Positions 38,329 through 46,461 of a stretch of 46,461 nt of DNA are shown here, piece after piece. Origin of the DNA: an uncultured Actinomycetes bacterium (GTDB lineage Bacteria > Actinomycetota > Coriobacteriia > Coriobacteriales > RUG033); the NCBI GenBank assembly GCA_900314665.1, contig OMWF01000116.1, forward strand, positions 1 through 46,461. The letters are read 5' to 3'. The notes beneath the pieces were generated by a model that was not told where the DNA came from, did no database searches, and saw nothing but the letters and a program-made list of their open reading frames with translations. The stretch's first letter is position 1, and every line of letters begins with the position of its first letter. The position numbers and the translations under genes are program-made.

Positions 38329-38747
38329 CTTGAACAACTCCTTCGGGTTTCAATGAGGTGCTGCCTGCCGTTGACCAACCGCCTGGGTGTTGCCTTGGGT
38401 CACATTATGGACTAGCGGGCAGCGCTTGGGGCGTGTCAATCCCACACCTTGACAAGAAAACCCAAATTTAGCCGTTATGCCTGTTCAGATAAGCGAGATG
38501 GCGCTCGGAACAGCATGCCGTCAGACACCGGGAGCCGCGGCGGTCGGGGTGATGTCCCACCCCTCGCCACGCAGCGCGATTCTCGAAATCCAGCAGTACG
38601 TGCAGGGAGAGGACCGGGGGCACGCCCCGCTGTGCGGCGCGGCGCCATTTGGCCCGCCCCCACTGCTGGAAAAGTAAGAACGCGAAGATTATGAAGCTCG
38701 GCGGCTCCACGCTGTCGCGAATGCAGCAGAACTCGAAGGCTTCAGCC

Positions 38748-39130
38748 CGGGACCCTGGGGAGGGGCCAGCGGCGGCCGCGCGAACCGGCACGGGCCGATG
38801 CCCCGCCGGGACCCCTGGGGAGGGGCCAGCGGGCGCCGCCGCCGATGCGGACCCTGGGCCTTTGACGGAGGCGCCCGCTCGCGGCCGGGCCCCGCCGGGG
38901 AAAGTCCCGCGCTTCCCGGTGCCGCTCCAACTTTTGACGGCTTTGGCCGGGCGCCCGGCCCGCCGCGGCGCGGCCGGCGGGACCGGCAAGGCGCCTACCT
39001 GCGGCTGCACTTTTGCATGCCTCCCCGCGGCGCCTCTCGGGGCGCCGGCTTTGGCCAAAGCCGTCAAAAGCTGGAGCGGAGCGTCGACGTAACGGCGTTC
39101 TCTGGTCAAAGCCGTCAAAAGCTGGAGCGG
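38748..39130. repeat. Repeat-dense GC-rich non-coding segment: two direct repeats of about 25 bp plus three copies (one inverted) of a 27-mer
   Basis: CGGGACCCTGGGGAGGGGCCAGCGG at 38748..38772 and, with one extra C, within 38806..38832. CCGCTCCAACTTTTGACGGCTTTGGCC at 38922..38948 is the reverse complement (one mismatch) of GGCCAAAGCCGTCAAAAGCTGGAGCGG at 39053..39079. A third direct copy lies at 39104..39130. Perfect palindromes at 38945..38960 and 39046..39063. Confidence 0.8.
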
Positions 39131-39207
39131 CGGGCTGCCGAACCGCGGGGGAGCTGGACGCGCAGCGCGACCGCGCAGTCCCTTACTCCCACCGGGCGTA
39201 TTGCGCC

Positions 39208-40167
39208 TTACTCCCCGTCCTCGGCAGAGGCGTCATGTCCCTGGCCGCTGTTGACTATGGAGTGGGCATAGCCCTTGAAGTGGCTGATGATGACGTCGGC
39301 AAGTTCGCGGACCGTGTTGTTGATCTCTCCGGCGGCAAAGATGAGCGAGGTGGTCGCCATGAGATCTTCCCCCTCCGACGCCGCAAACGGTTTGAAGACC
39401 ACATTGGCGGGGGCAAACTCCGAGAGGTACGAGGGCAGCACGCCCACCGCCTCGTCCGAGGCGACCATGAGGAAGAGCTCCTCGGTGTTGTGCGCCACCG
39501 TCTTTGAGCCAAAGATGAAACCCCCGCGCTCAAACCGGCTGCGCATCTCGCGGTAGTCGCTCGGCATTCCCTGCGGCTCGAGCACCGCCACCCGCTCGTT
39601 GGACAACGTGGTGGCCTCGACCGCCTCCTCCTCCGCAAGCGGGTTGTCCGTGCTCACGACCGCGTCGCACGGCCCGCTCAACAGGTCGACCGTCTCGAAA
39701 GTGCCGTCGTCGACCACGTCGTACGGCCAGCAGATGCCCAGATCGGCCTCACCTTGACGCAGCGCCTCGGGAATGGCCCGCAGGTCGACGATGCGCACCG
39801 CCACCCGGTATCCGGGGTGCGACTTCTTGTACTTATGCAGCGCCGGCATGATGAGCAGCCCCTCGTAGACGCTGGGCACGATGATGCTGGCGCCGGTCTC
39901 GTTGCCGCTGGCGGTGTCCAAGCCGTGCTGGACCGCCTCCTCGTACGAGCGCACGATGCGCTGCGCCCGAACGTAGAAGTCCTTGCCGGCGGGAGTCAGC
40001 TTGACCACATGGTTCTTGCGCGAGAAGAGCTGGAACCCCAACTCCTTCTCCATCTTGGCGATGTGCAAGCTCATCGCGGTCTGGGTGATGTAGCACTCGC
40101 GAGCGGCGCGGGTGAAGTTCAAGCACTCCGCCGCACTGATGAAGTATTGCAAGCCCCTGATGTCCAC
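39208..40167 (-). CDS. LysR family transcriptional regulator
   Basis: MDIRGLQYFISAAECLNFTRAARECYITQTAMSLHIAKMEKELG is a canonical LysR wHTH, followed by a C-terminal substrate-binding domain. GTG start. Confidence 0.9.
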   Translation of the reverse strand: MDIRGLQYFISAAECLNFTRAARECYITQTAMSLHIAKMEKELGFQLFSRKNHVVKLTPAGKDFYVRAQRIVRSYEEAVQHGLDTASGNETGASIIVPSVYEGLLIMPALHKYKKSHPGYRVAVRIVDLRAIPEALRQGEADLGICWPYDVVDDGTFETVDLLSGPCDAVVSTDNPLAEEEAVEATTLSNERVAVLEPQGMPSDYREMRSRFERGGFIFGSKTVAHNTEELFLMVASDEAVGVLPSYLSEFAPANVVFKPFAASEGEDLMATTSLIFAAGEINNTVRELADVIISHFKGYAHSIVNSGQGHDASAEDGE

Positions 40168-40325
40168 GAGATATGACCCCCGCGTCGCGTAAAAAGTATT
40201 ACTTAGCTATAACGAGTCTATCCTATCACCGATACTACGCGGGTGACAGGATGGGCGACGGGGCGGGAAGCGCAAGCTCTCCGGTCGGGCCGACCCACGC
40301 ATGCGACACCGCGCCCAACGTCTTC

Positions 40326-41405
40326 TCAGTTGCCGTATTCCAGCAGGTAAATGCTCAATCCAGCCCTGCTGAAGAGGTCGTTCACGTAGCTCGACCAGGC
40401 CGAGTTGGCAGCGGTGGCGGCATTGTAGTACTGCTGCGCCGCCACCCCGTACGCCGCCTCGGCGCACCCGTAGGTGTACTCGCCGGCCGTCAGGTCAAAG
40501 CCGGAGAGCGCCGAGCGATACGGGCTCTGCTCGTTAGTCCAGGTATTCGAGGTGAAGTCGTAATCGTTGGCGATAAGAGCCTGAACGTAGGCCTTGTAGT
40601 TAGCCGAAGCCACGTCCGCCGCGTCCTGCCCGTCCCCGACGCTGGGCGCGTCGGGCTGCTGGGGTTGAGCGGGGATGCTTGTCTCGCCCGTCACCGCCTG
40701 CTCGAGCTTCTGCAGGCGCACGGTGCGGGCCGCCACGGTCTTGATCTCCTCGACGGACAGGCCCAGCTGCTGCGAGGCGCTCGCGTAGGTGATGGCCTGG
40801 TTGCCGGTCAGCGAGGCCAGATACTGCAGGCACTCGTCATCGGAGGCGGAGTACCCCTGAGCCTGCGCCTCGGTGTCGAGCACCAGCCCGCGGGCATAGG
40901 AGAGCACCTGGTCGGCAGTGGGCAGGTCGTAGAGGTTGGAGTCATTGGCATTGAGGTCGTTGTCGATGCCGGTGTACATGCTCACCACCTGGGCGGCGGT
41001 GATGTCGGTGGCCTTGCCCTTATAGGTGCACGTCCCCACCACGGTGCGGTCGAGCTGGTCGCGGGTGACCGCCGTGGTGCCCGCCTGGGTGCGGCCCTCT
41101 ACCTGGGGGCCCGCCGAGAGGACCGGGGTGGTGAGGCGCCCCGCCGCAAGCATGGCGACGACCACCGCCGCTGCGCCGATGACCATTCCGATGACAAGCG
41201 AGAAGGCTGAGAGCCGCAATCGCCTGGGCTTTGCGGCGGACGCCTTGGCAAGAGAGGCGCGGGTAGCGTCCGCATCCCCTGCCGGCTGTGCGGCCGAGGC
41301 CGCCTCCGGCGCCTCCTCCGACCGCCCTGCCTGGCGTGCCCCCTCTTCTGCGGCGCCGTCGGCGCCGGCGTCCTCTAAGGCGTCCTTGCTCTCATCGTCA
41401 GCCAT
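40326..41405 (-). CDS. Hypothetical membrane-anchored extracytoplasmic protein (acidic cytoplasmic N-tail, one TM)
   Basis: ATG 41405 with GGGAGAG 5 nt upstream. TM LSAFSLVIGMVIGAAAVVVAMLAAG. Extracellular part of about 260 aa with no recognised motif. Confidence 0.6.
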   Translation of the reverse strand: MADDESKDALEDAGADGAAEEGARQAGRSEEAPEAASAAQPAGDADATRASLAKASAAKPRRLRLSAFSLVIGMVIGAAAVVVAMLAAGRLTTPVLSAGPQVEGRTQAGTTAVTRDQLDRTVVGTCTYKGKATDITAAQVVSMYTGIDNDLNANDSNLYDLPTADQVLSYARGLVLDTEAQAQGYSASDDECLQYLASLTGNQAITYASASQQLGLSVEEIKTVAARTVRLQKLEQAVTGETSIPAQPQQPDAPSVGDGQDAADVASANYKAYVQALIANDYDFTSNTWTNEQSPYRSALSGFDLTAGEYTYGCAEAAYGVAAQQYYNAATAANSAWSSYVNDLFSRAGLSIYLLEYGN

Positions 41406-41540
41406 AGTCACTCTCCCTCAAGATGCTCCGGCACCGGAAGGGCCCGGCGCCGGATTGACCTTTGGGCCATGGTACCCGTTTGCCACCCGCCTTCCAGCCA
41501 CAGCTGCGCAACGGCGGGCCGTCGTCCGCACGCGCCGCAA

Positions 41541-42623
41541 TCAGGTGCCGGAGATGCCGTCGAAGGCCGAGGCGCCGCGCTCGAGCAGGCCGCCGGGCGG
41601 TAGGTTCTCGATGATGGAGAGGATGGCGGCTCCGGTCTGCGTGCGGCCGAGGCTGCGGTCGGCGAGCTCGTCGAGCACCGCCGCCAGGTCCCAGGGGAGC
41701 TCGTCGGCGAAGGTGAGCCGCTCCCCGGTCATCGGGTGGGCCAGCGAGAGCCGGTAGGAGTGCAGGAACTGGCGGGTGAGTCCGAGGTCGGCCCGCACGT
41801 CGGTGCGCTTGCGCGTGCTGATGCCGTAGAGCGGGTCGCCCACGCAGGGATGGCTGATGCTCGCCATATGCACGCGAATCTGATGGGTGCGGCCGGTGTA
41901 GAGGTGGCACTCGATGAGGGTGTAGCCCTCATCGCGGGACCCCGCCTCAAAGCGCTCGAGCACGCTGAAGGTGGTGATGGCGCTGCGGGCTCCCGGGTCT
42001 TCGGAGACGGCCATCTTGGTGCGGTCCCTGGTGCTGCGGGCGAGGGGGGCGTCGATCAGCCCAGTGTCCGGGGCGATGTAGCCATGGACCAGAGCCAGAT
42101 AGCGCCGGTCGATGCTGCGCAGTCGGATGCCGTCCTGCAGAATCGCCTGCGCCTCGTTGCTTTTGGCCGCCATCATGAGCCCGGTGGTGTCGCGGTCCAG
42201 GCGGTGCACGATGCCGGGCCGGTCGGGTCCCTGCAGGGTGCCTACATGCTCGGGGCCGCAATGGGCGAGCAGGGCGTTGGCGAGCGTGCCCGACTCATGG
42301 CCCACAGCCGGGTGGCAGACCAGGCCCGCCTGCTTGGACAGCACGATGAGGTCGTCATCCTCGAAGCGTATGTCGAGCGGGATGTCCTGAGGCTCGAGCA
42401 CCGGGCGCTCGGCCACCGAGGTCACCGGCGGGTAGTCGATGAGGTCTCCCTCCCCAACCAGGTAGCGCTTGACCTGGGGCTCCCCGTTGACCAGCACCTC
42501 GCCGGCAGACGCCAGCTTGGCCGCCGCCGAGCGCGAGGCGACGTCGGGAAGCGAGCCGAGAAGCGCGTCGAGGCGCATGCCCTCCTCGTCGGCGTTGACG
42601 ATGTGGCGCGCCCGCCCGCTCAT
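41541..42623 (-). CDS. rluD: 23S rRNA pseudouridine synthase, RluA family (RluD-like, S4 domain plus catalytic domain)
   Basis: Trimmed to ATG 42623, which overlaps the lspA TGA (ATGA). Catalytic motif HRLDRDTTGLMMAAK and GRTHQIRVH. The lspA-rluD pairing is conserved. Confidence 0.9.
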   Translation of the reverse strand: MSGRARHIVNADEEGMRLDALLGSLPDVASRSAAAKLASAGEVLVNGEPQVKRYLVGEGDLIDYPPVTSVAERPVLEPQDIPLDIRFEDDDLIVLSKQAGLVCHPAVGHESGTLANALLAHCGPEHVGTLQGPDRPGIVHRLDRDTTGLMMAAKSNEAQAILQDGIRLRSIDRRYLALVHGYIAPDTGLIDAPLARSTRDRTKMAVSEDPGARSAITTFSVLERFEAGSRDEGYTLIECHLYTGRTHQIRVHMASISHPCVGDPLYGISTRKRTDVRADLGLTRQFLHSYRLSLAHPMTGERLTFADELPWDLAAVLDELADRSLGRTQTGAAILSIIENLPPGGLLERGASAFDGISGT

Positions 42624-43153
42624 GGGCGCGGCTCCGGGTCCTGGCCGTCTGCGGAGGGCGCGCGGCCCTCGCGCGCGGCCTGCGCCAGCAGGCAGATGAT
42701 GAACAGGGCGCAGCCGCAGGTGATGCACATGTCGGCAAAGTTGAAGACGGCGAAGTCCATGAAGGTGAGGTCCACAAAGTCCGTGACATAGCCCAGGAAG
42801 AACCGGTCGATGACGTTGCCCAGGGCACCCCCCACCACCATGGTCAGGGAGACGGTCACGCCCCAGGAAAGCGATCGCGAGCGGGCCAGGTAGGCGATCA
42901 CGATGGCAGTCACGGCAAAGGCCACCAGCACGAAGAGGAGCTGGTTTCCCTCGCCCATGCTAAAGGCCGCCCCGGTGTTGCGCACCAGCTCAAACCGAAA
43001 GACGCCGGGGATGCCGGGCATGGTCTGCCCCACCTCCGTGAGCCGCGCCCGCACATGGGCCTTGGACAGCTGGTCGAAGGCGATGAGGGCGGCCGCCAGG
43101 ACGCTGAAGGCGGTGAGTGCTTTGCGGTTGGGTACGGACTTGGTCGCGGGCAT
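42620..43153 (-). CDS. lspA: Lipoprotein signal peptidase (signal peptidase II)
   Basis: Trimmed to ATG 43153. DQLSKAHV, NTGAAFSM, GGALGNVIDR and FNFADMCI are LspA motifs, including both catalytic Asp contexts. Confidence 0.9.
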   Translation of the reverse strand: MPATKSVPNRKALTAFSVLAAALIAFDQLSKAHVRARLTEVGQTMPGIPGVFRFELVRNTGAAFSMGEGNQLLFVLVAFAVTAIVIAYLARSRSLSWGVTVSLTMVVGGALGNVIDRFFLGYVTDFVDLTFMDFAVFNFADMCITCGCALFIICLLAQAAREGRAPSADGQDPEPRP

Positions 43154-43221
43154 CCTCGCCTGGGTCCTCCTCGCACGCAGGGGCGGGCGCACGGCACGCC
43201 CGCCCCTGCCATCGGTCGTCG

Positions 43222-46101
43222 TTACTCGTTCAAGGGGTCAGGCGCCCCCAGCTCGTCAAGGACGTCGCCGCAGCGCTGGCAGACATGCGGGTGGGCGGGA
43301 TTCCCGCCCAGCTCGCGGATGTTCCAGCAGCGGGGGCAGACGTCGCCTGTGGCCTGCTCCACCGTCACCTGAAGCTCGGCGTCCCCCGCCTGCGGCTCCA
43401 GGGTCACGTCGTTCACGATGAAGAGCTCGCGCAGGGTCTGCGGGCTGCAGGCTCCCAGCTCGAGCATCCCCTGGCCGCCGGTCAAGGTGACGTTGGCCTC
43501 CTGGCTCTTGCCCACCAGGCCGGACGTGCGGGCGTCCTCCAACGCCTTGGTCACTGCCTCGCGCGCGGCGAGCACCGCCTGGAAGTCAGCAAGCAGCTGC
43601 TCGGCCTCGGGAGCCGGAACCGCCGGGTTGAAGTCCTCCTCGTCGACCCAGCCCATGAGGTCGGCGAAAGCGGGGGCGCCGGCTCCGCGCAGCTCGGGCG
43701 TCATGCTCTCCCACACCTCATCCACGGTGAAGACCAGCACCGGGCCGTACAGGCGCAGCAGCACCTGCAGCACGTTGTTGAGCACCGTCTGGGCGCTGCG
43801 GCGGCGGGGGCTTGACGGTGCCTCGGAGTAGAGGCGGTCCTTCAAGGCGTCGAGGTAGACCGAGGAGAGGTCGCCCACGATGTAGTCAAAGAGCTTGCGG
43901 AAGGCAGTGTGGAACGAGAAGCCCTCGTAGTCGGAGGTCACCTGGCGGTTGAGCTCGTGAACGCGGGCCAGCGCCCAGCGGTCGAACTCCTCCAGGTCCT
44001 CCCAGGCCACGCCGTCCTTGGCGGGATCGAAGTCGGAGAGGTTGCCCAGCAGGAAGCGGAAGGTGTTGCGGATGCGGCGGTAGGCGTCGGCGGTGCGGGG
44101 CAGGATGTTCTGCATGTCGATGGAGACGTCCTGCGAGTAGTCGACCGAGAAAGCCCACAGGCGCAGCACATCGGCACCGAAGCTGCTCGTCACCTCGGCC
44201 GGGTCGATGCCGTTGCCCTTGGACTTGGACATCTTCTCGCCGTTGGCGTCCACTGTGAAGCCGCAGCTGATAACGTTCTTGTAGGGGGCCTCTCCGTAGG
44301 CGCCCACGCTGGTCAGAAGCGAGCTCTGGAACCAGCCGCGGTGCTGGTCGGAGCCCTCCAGATAGACATCGGCGGGACGGCGCAGGTAGGGACGCGCCTC
44401 AAGCACGGAGGTGTGGCTCACGCCGCTCTCCCACCAGACGTCGAGGATGTTCTTGTCGGGAACCAGGCGGGTGCTGCCGCAGGAGGGGCAGGAGCAGCCC
44501 ACGGGCAGGTACTCGGAGGGGTCCTTGGCAAACCAGGCGTCAGAGCCCTCGCGCGAGAAGAGCTTGATGACCGCGTCGAAGGTCTCCTCGGTGGCCACGA
44601 TCTCTCCGCAGTCCGCGCAGTGGAAGACCGGGATGGGCACGCCCCAGGCGCGCTGGCGCGAGATGCACCAGTCCGGGCGCTCGGAGACCATGGCCTCGAT
44701 GCGGTTGTGGCTGCGGGCGGGATACCAGGTGACCTGCTGCTCGATAGCCTCGAGCGCCTTGTCCCTGAAGCCGTTGTCGTCCATCGAGACAAACCACTGG
44801 GTGGTGGCGCGGAAGATGACCGGCTCGTGGCAGCGCCAGCAGTGCGGATAGCTGTGGGAGAGGTCCTGTCGGGCGAGCAGCATGCCGCGCTCGTCAAGCC
44901 AGGCGATGATGTCCTCGTTGGAGGCCACCGCGCTCTTGCCCGCCCAGGGGCCGCCGTCCTTGGTGAAGAAGCCGTTGTCGTCGACCGGCATCTTGGTGGG
45001 GACGCCAAAGCGCTGCGCCACGACGTAGTCGTCCAAGCCGTGGCCCGGGGCGGTGTGGACGCAGCCGGTGCCGGTGTCGAGCGTGACGTGGTCGCCCACG
45101 ATCACCACGCCCGCATCCTCCGGGAAGATGGGCTCGTGGTAATGGGTGCCCACCAGCTCGTCGCCGCGCATCCGCACGGTCCGACCCTGGGCGTCGGCGA
45201 GCAGGCGATACGAGCCCTCCTCCCAGCCGGCGGCCTCCGCCACCTGGCTCACCAGGGCCTCGGCCATCACGTAGGCCTCGCCGTCGGCGAGCACCGCCAC
45301 GTACTCCGCATCGGCCTTGAGGCACACGGCGGTGTTGGCCGGCAGGGTCCAGGGGGTGGTGGTCCAGATCACGAGGCGCAGGCGAGAGCGGTCGTTGGCA
45401 TCCGCCAGGGCTTGGGTGAAGGGCACGGGGGCCTCGTCGTCTAGGAAGTCGAACTTGACGAAGATCGAGGGGCTGACCTCGTCGCCGTACTCGATCTCCG
45501 CCTCGGCCTCGGCGGTGTGGCAGTGGGTGCACCAGTGCACCGGCTTGCGGCCCACGTAGATCTGCCCGTCCAGGTAGAGGCGCTTGAAAATCTCGACGAT
45601 GCCCGCCTCGTACTCGTGGGTGTAGGTGAGGTAGGGGTTGTCCCACTCGCCGCGCACGCCCAGGCGCTTGAAGCCGTTGCGCTGGATGTCGATGTACTTG
45701 TCGGCCCACTCATGGCACAGGCGGCGCAGGGTCACCTGGTCGATCTTCTTCATCTTCTCGGGACCGAGCTTGTCCTCCACCATGTGCTCGATGGGCTGGC
45801 CGTGGCAGTCCCACCCGGGCACGTAGGGGGTGTAGAACCCGCGCTGGCTGTGATAGCGGATGATGATGTCCTTCAGAATCTTGTTGAAGGCATGCCCGAT
45901 GTGGATGGGGCCGTTGGCGTACGGGGGGCCGTCGTGCAGGATGAACGAGTCATGCCCCTCGTTGGCCTTGAGGACCTGCTCATAGACCTTGTTCTCCTCC
46001 CAGGCGGCCAGGCGCTTGGGCTCGTTCTGCGCCAGGTTGGCCTTCATCGAGAACGAGGTCTTGGGCAGGTTCATGGTGCTCTTGTACGGATTCTTGGCCA
46101 C
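43222..46101 (-). CDS. ileS: Isoleucine--tRNA ligase
   Basis: GTG 46101 with AAGGAG 7 nt upstream (the 1077-aa track ORF reads through the leader). PPYANGPIHIGH (HIGH), KMSKS, and a C-terminal CPRCW...CQRC zinc finger. Confidence 0.95.
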   Translation of the reverse strand: MAKNPYKSTMNLPKTSFSMKANLAQNEPKRLAAWEENKVYEQVLKANEGHDSFILHDGPPYANGPIHIGHAFNKILKDIIIRYHSQRGFYTPYVPGWDCHGQPIEHMVEDKLGPEKMKKIDQVTLRRLCHEWADKYIDIQRNGFKRLGVRGEWDNPYLTYTHEYEAGIVEIFKRLYLDGQIYVGRKPVHWCTHCHTAEAEAEIEYGDEVSPSIFVKFDFLDDEAPVPFTQALADANDRSRLRLVIWTTTPWTLPANTAVCLKADAEYVAVLADGEAYVMAEALVSQVAEAAGWEEGSYRLLADAQGRTVRMRGDELVGTHYHEPIFPEDAGVVIVGDHVTLDTGTGCVHTAPGHGLDDYVVAQRFGVPTKMPVDDNGFFTKDGGPWAGKSAVASNEDIIAWLDERGMLLARQDLSHSYPHCWRCHEPVIFRATTQWFVSMDDNGFRDKALEAIEQQVTWYPARSHNRIEAMVSERPDWCISRQRAWGVPIPVFHCADCGEIVATEETFDAVIKLFSREGSDAWFAKDPSEYLPVGCSCPSCGSTRLVPDKNILDVWWESGVSHTSVLEARPYLRRPADVYLEGSDQHRGWFQSSLLTSVGAYGEAPYKNVISCGFTVDANGEKMSKSKGNGIDPAEVTSSFGADVLRLWAFSVDYSQDVSIDMQNILPRTADAYRRIRNTFRFLLGNLSDFDPAKDGVAWEDLEEFDRWALARVHELNRQVTSDYEGFSFHTAFRKLFDYIVGDLSSVYLDALKDRLYSEAPSSPRRRSAQTVLNNVLQVLLRLYGPVLVFTVDEVWESMTPELRGAGAPAFADLMGWVDEEDFNPAVPAPEAEQLLADFQAVLAAREAVTKALEDARTSGLVGKSQEANVTLTGGQGMLELGACSPQTLRELFIVNDVTLEPQAGDAELQVTVEQATGDVCPRCWNIRELGGNPAHPHVCQRCGDVLDELGAPDPLNE

Positions 46102-46461
46102 GGTCTTGCTCCTTTGCATCGCCGGCGGCGCGCCGGGGTGCCACGCCGCCTTATAGGGCGGGGCGAGAAGCAGAAAGCGCTCCCGTCCCCTGAAAGCTGC
46201 CGGGACGGGAGCGCATGAGATGAGATGCGGATCCGCGGTACCACCCAGCTTGCGGGCCAGCCTCAGCCCGCCACTCGGTCGGCTCTGGTAACCGTGCCTG
46301 CGGCTGGAGCCTACCTCCGGCTTGCAGCCGGAATCGGTCCAGGGCTCAGGGGTGATACGGCGCTTCTCGGTGTGCCTGCGGGCTCTCACCGTCCCCGCTC
46401 GCTGGTCAGGCTCCTTGTCGATGCCGCGCGTCCCCGTCATCGCCTGTGCGCCCACTGTAGC
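46102..46461 (-). promoter_or_regulatory. T-box riboswitch leader, isoleucine specifier (AUC); the 5' end may extend beyond the window
   Basis: Minus-strand RNA contains the hallmark T-box sequence GGGUGGUACCGCG (46246..46234), an AGCGA (AG bulge) motif, a GGUGAGAG distal-loop-like motif, a GA/K-turn-like AUGA...UGA at the Stem I base, and AUC followed by A directly 5' of the closing helix (codon at 46356..46354). It lies upstream of ileS. Confidence 0.85.
46165..46214 (-). terminator. Intrinsic terminator of the ileS T-box leader
   Basis: On the RNA: GCGCUCCCGUCCC, 12-nt loop, GGGACGGGAGCGC (13-bp perfect stem, 46214..46177), followed by UUUCUGCUUCUC. Confidence 0.75.

Noticed and set aside
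38468-39118. 216-aa minus-strand ORF and 147-aa plus-strand ORF (38649..39092) in the adh-LysR gap.
   Set aside because: The composition is Pro/Ala/Gly/Arg-rich and the ORFs follow the DNA repeats and palindromes. There is no SD and no recognisable domain. They are treated as non-coding repeat sequence.
38922-39130. Possible CRISPR array (the 27-mer occurs three times).
   Set aside because: One copy is inverted, the spacings are unequal (104 and 24 nt between copies), there are only three copies, and no cas genes are in the window.

Overview
GC-rich chromosomal segment, most likely Actinomycetota and plausibly Coriobacteriia-like. It carries actinobacterial mihF-gmk-rpoZ next to a Firmicutes-style pyr operon and T-box. 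Nearly everything is core housekeeping, tightly packed, with many overlapping start/stop codons. Order on the minus strand at the left edge: hemW (partial), dus, lepA. Then on the plus strand: a small membrane protein, a surface Ig-like protein, a TiaS-like protein fused into an operon with a FecCD/BtuCD-type ABC importer, ilvD, rpsT and a Tat-signal metallophosphoesterase. A long minus-strand run follows: holA-comEC-comEA; membrane protein-thiI-rpoZ-gmk-mihF; a complete pyr operon (pyrR-pyrB-pyrC-carA-carB-pyrK-pyrD-pyrF) with a PyrR-binding leader; a kinase-less LytTR response-regulator module; a radical SAM enzyme with a divergent TetR; an iron alcohol dehydrogenase; LysR; a membrane-anchored protein; and rluD-lspA-ileS with an Ile T-box leader. 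I saw no rRNA, tRNA, CRISPR, transposase, integrase or phage genes. The best candidates for something undescribed are: (1) a bacterial homologue of archaeal tRNA agmatidine synthetase TiaS, translationally coupled to the ABC importer (5582-9909); (2) the orphan REC-LytTR regulator co-transcribed with a Cys-repeat exported protein and a tiny TM protein (32221-34290), with an unusual inverted/direct repeat element upstream (34408-34508); (3) three repeat-dense non-coding loci (17840-18098, 34408-34508, 38748-39130). All family assignments come from motif recognition by eye and from memory. No database search was possible.
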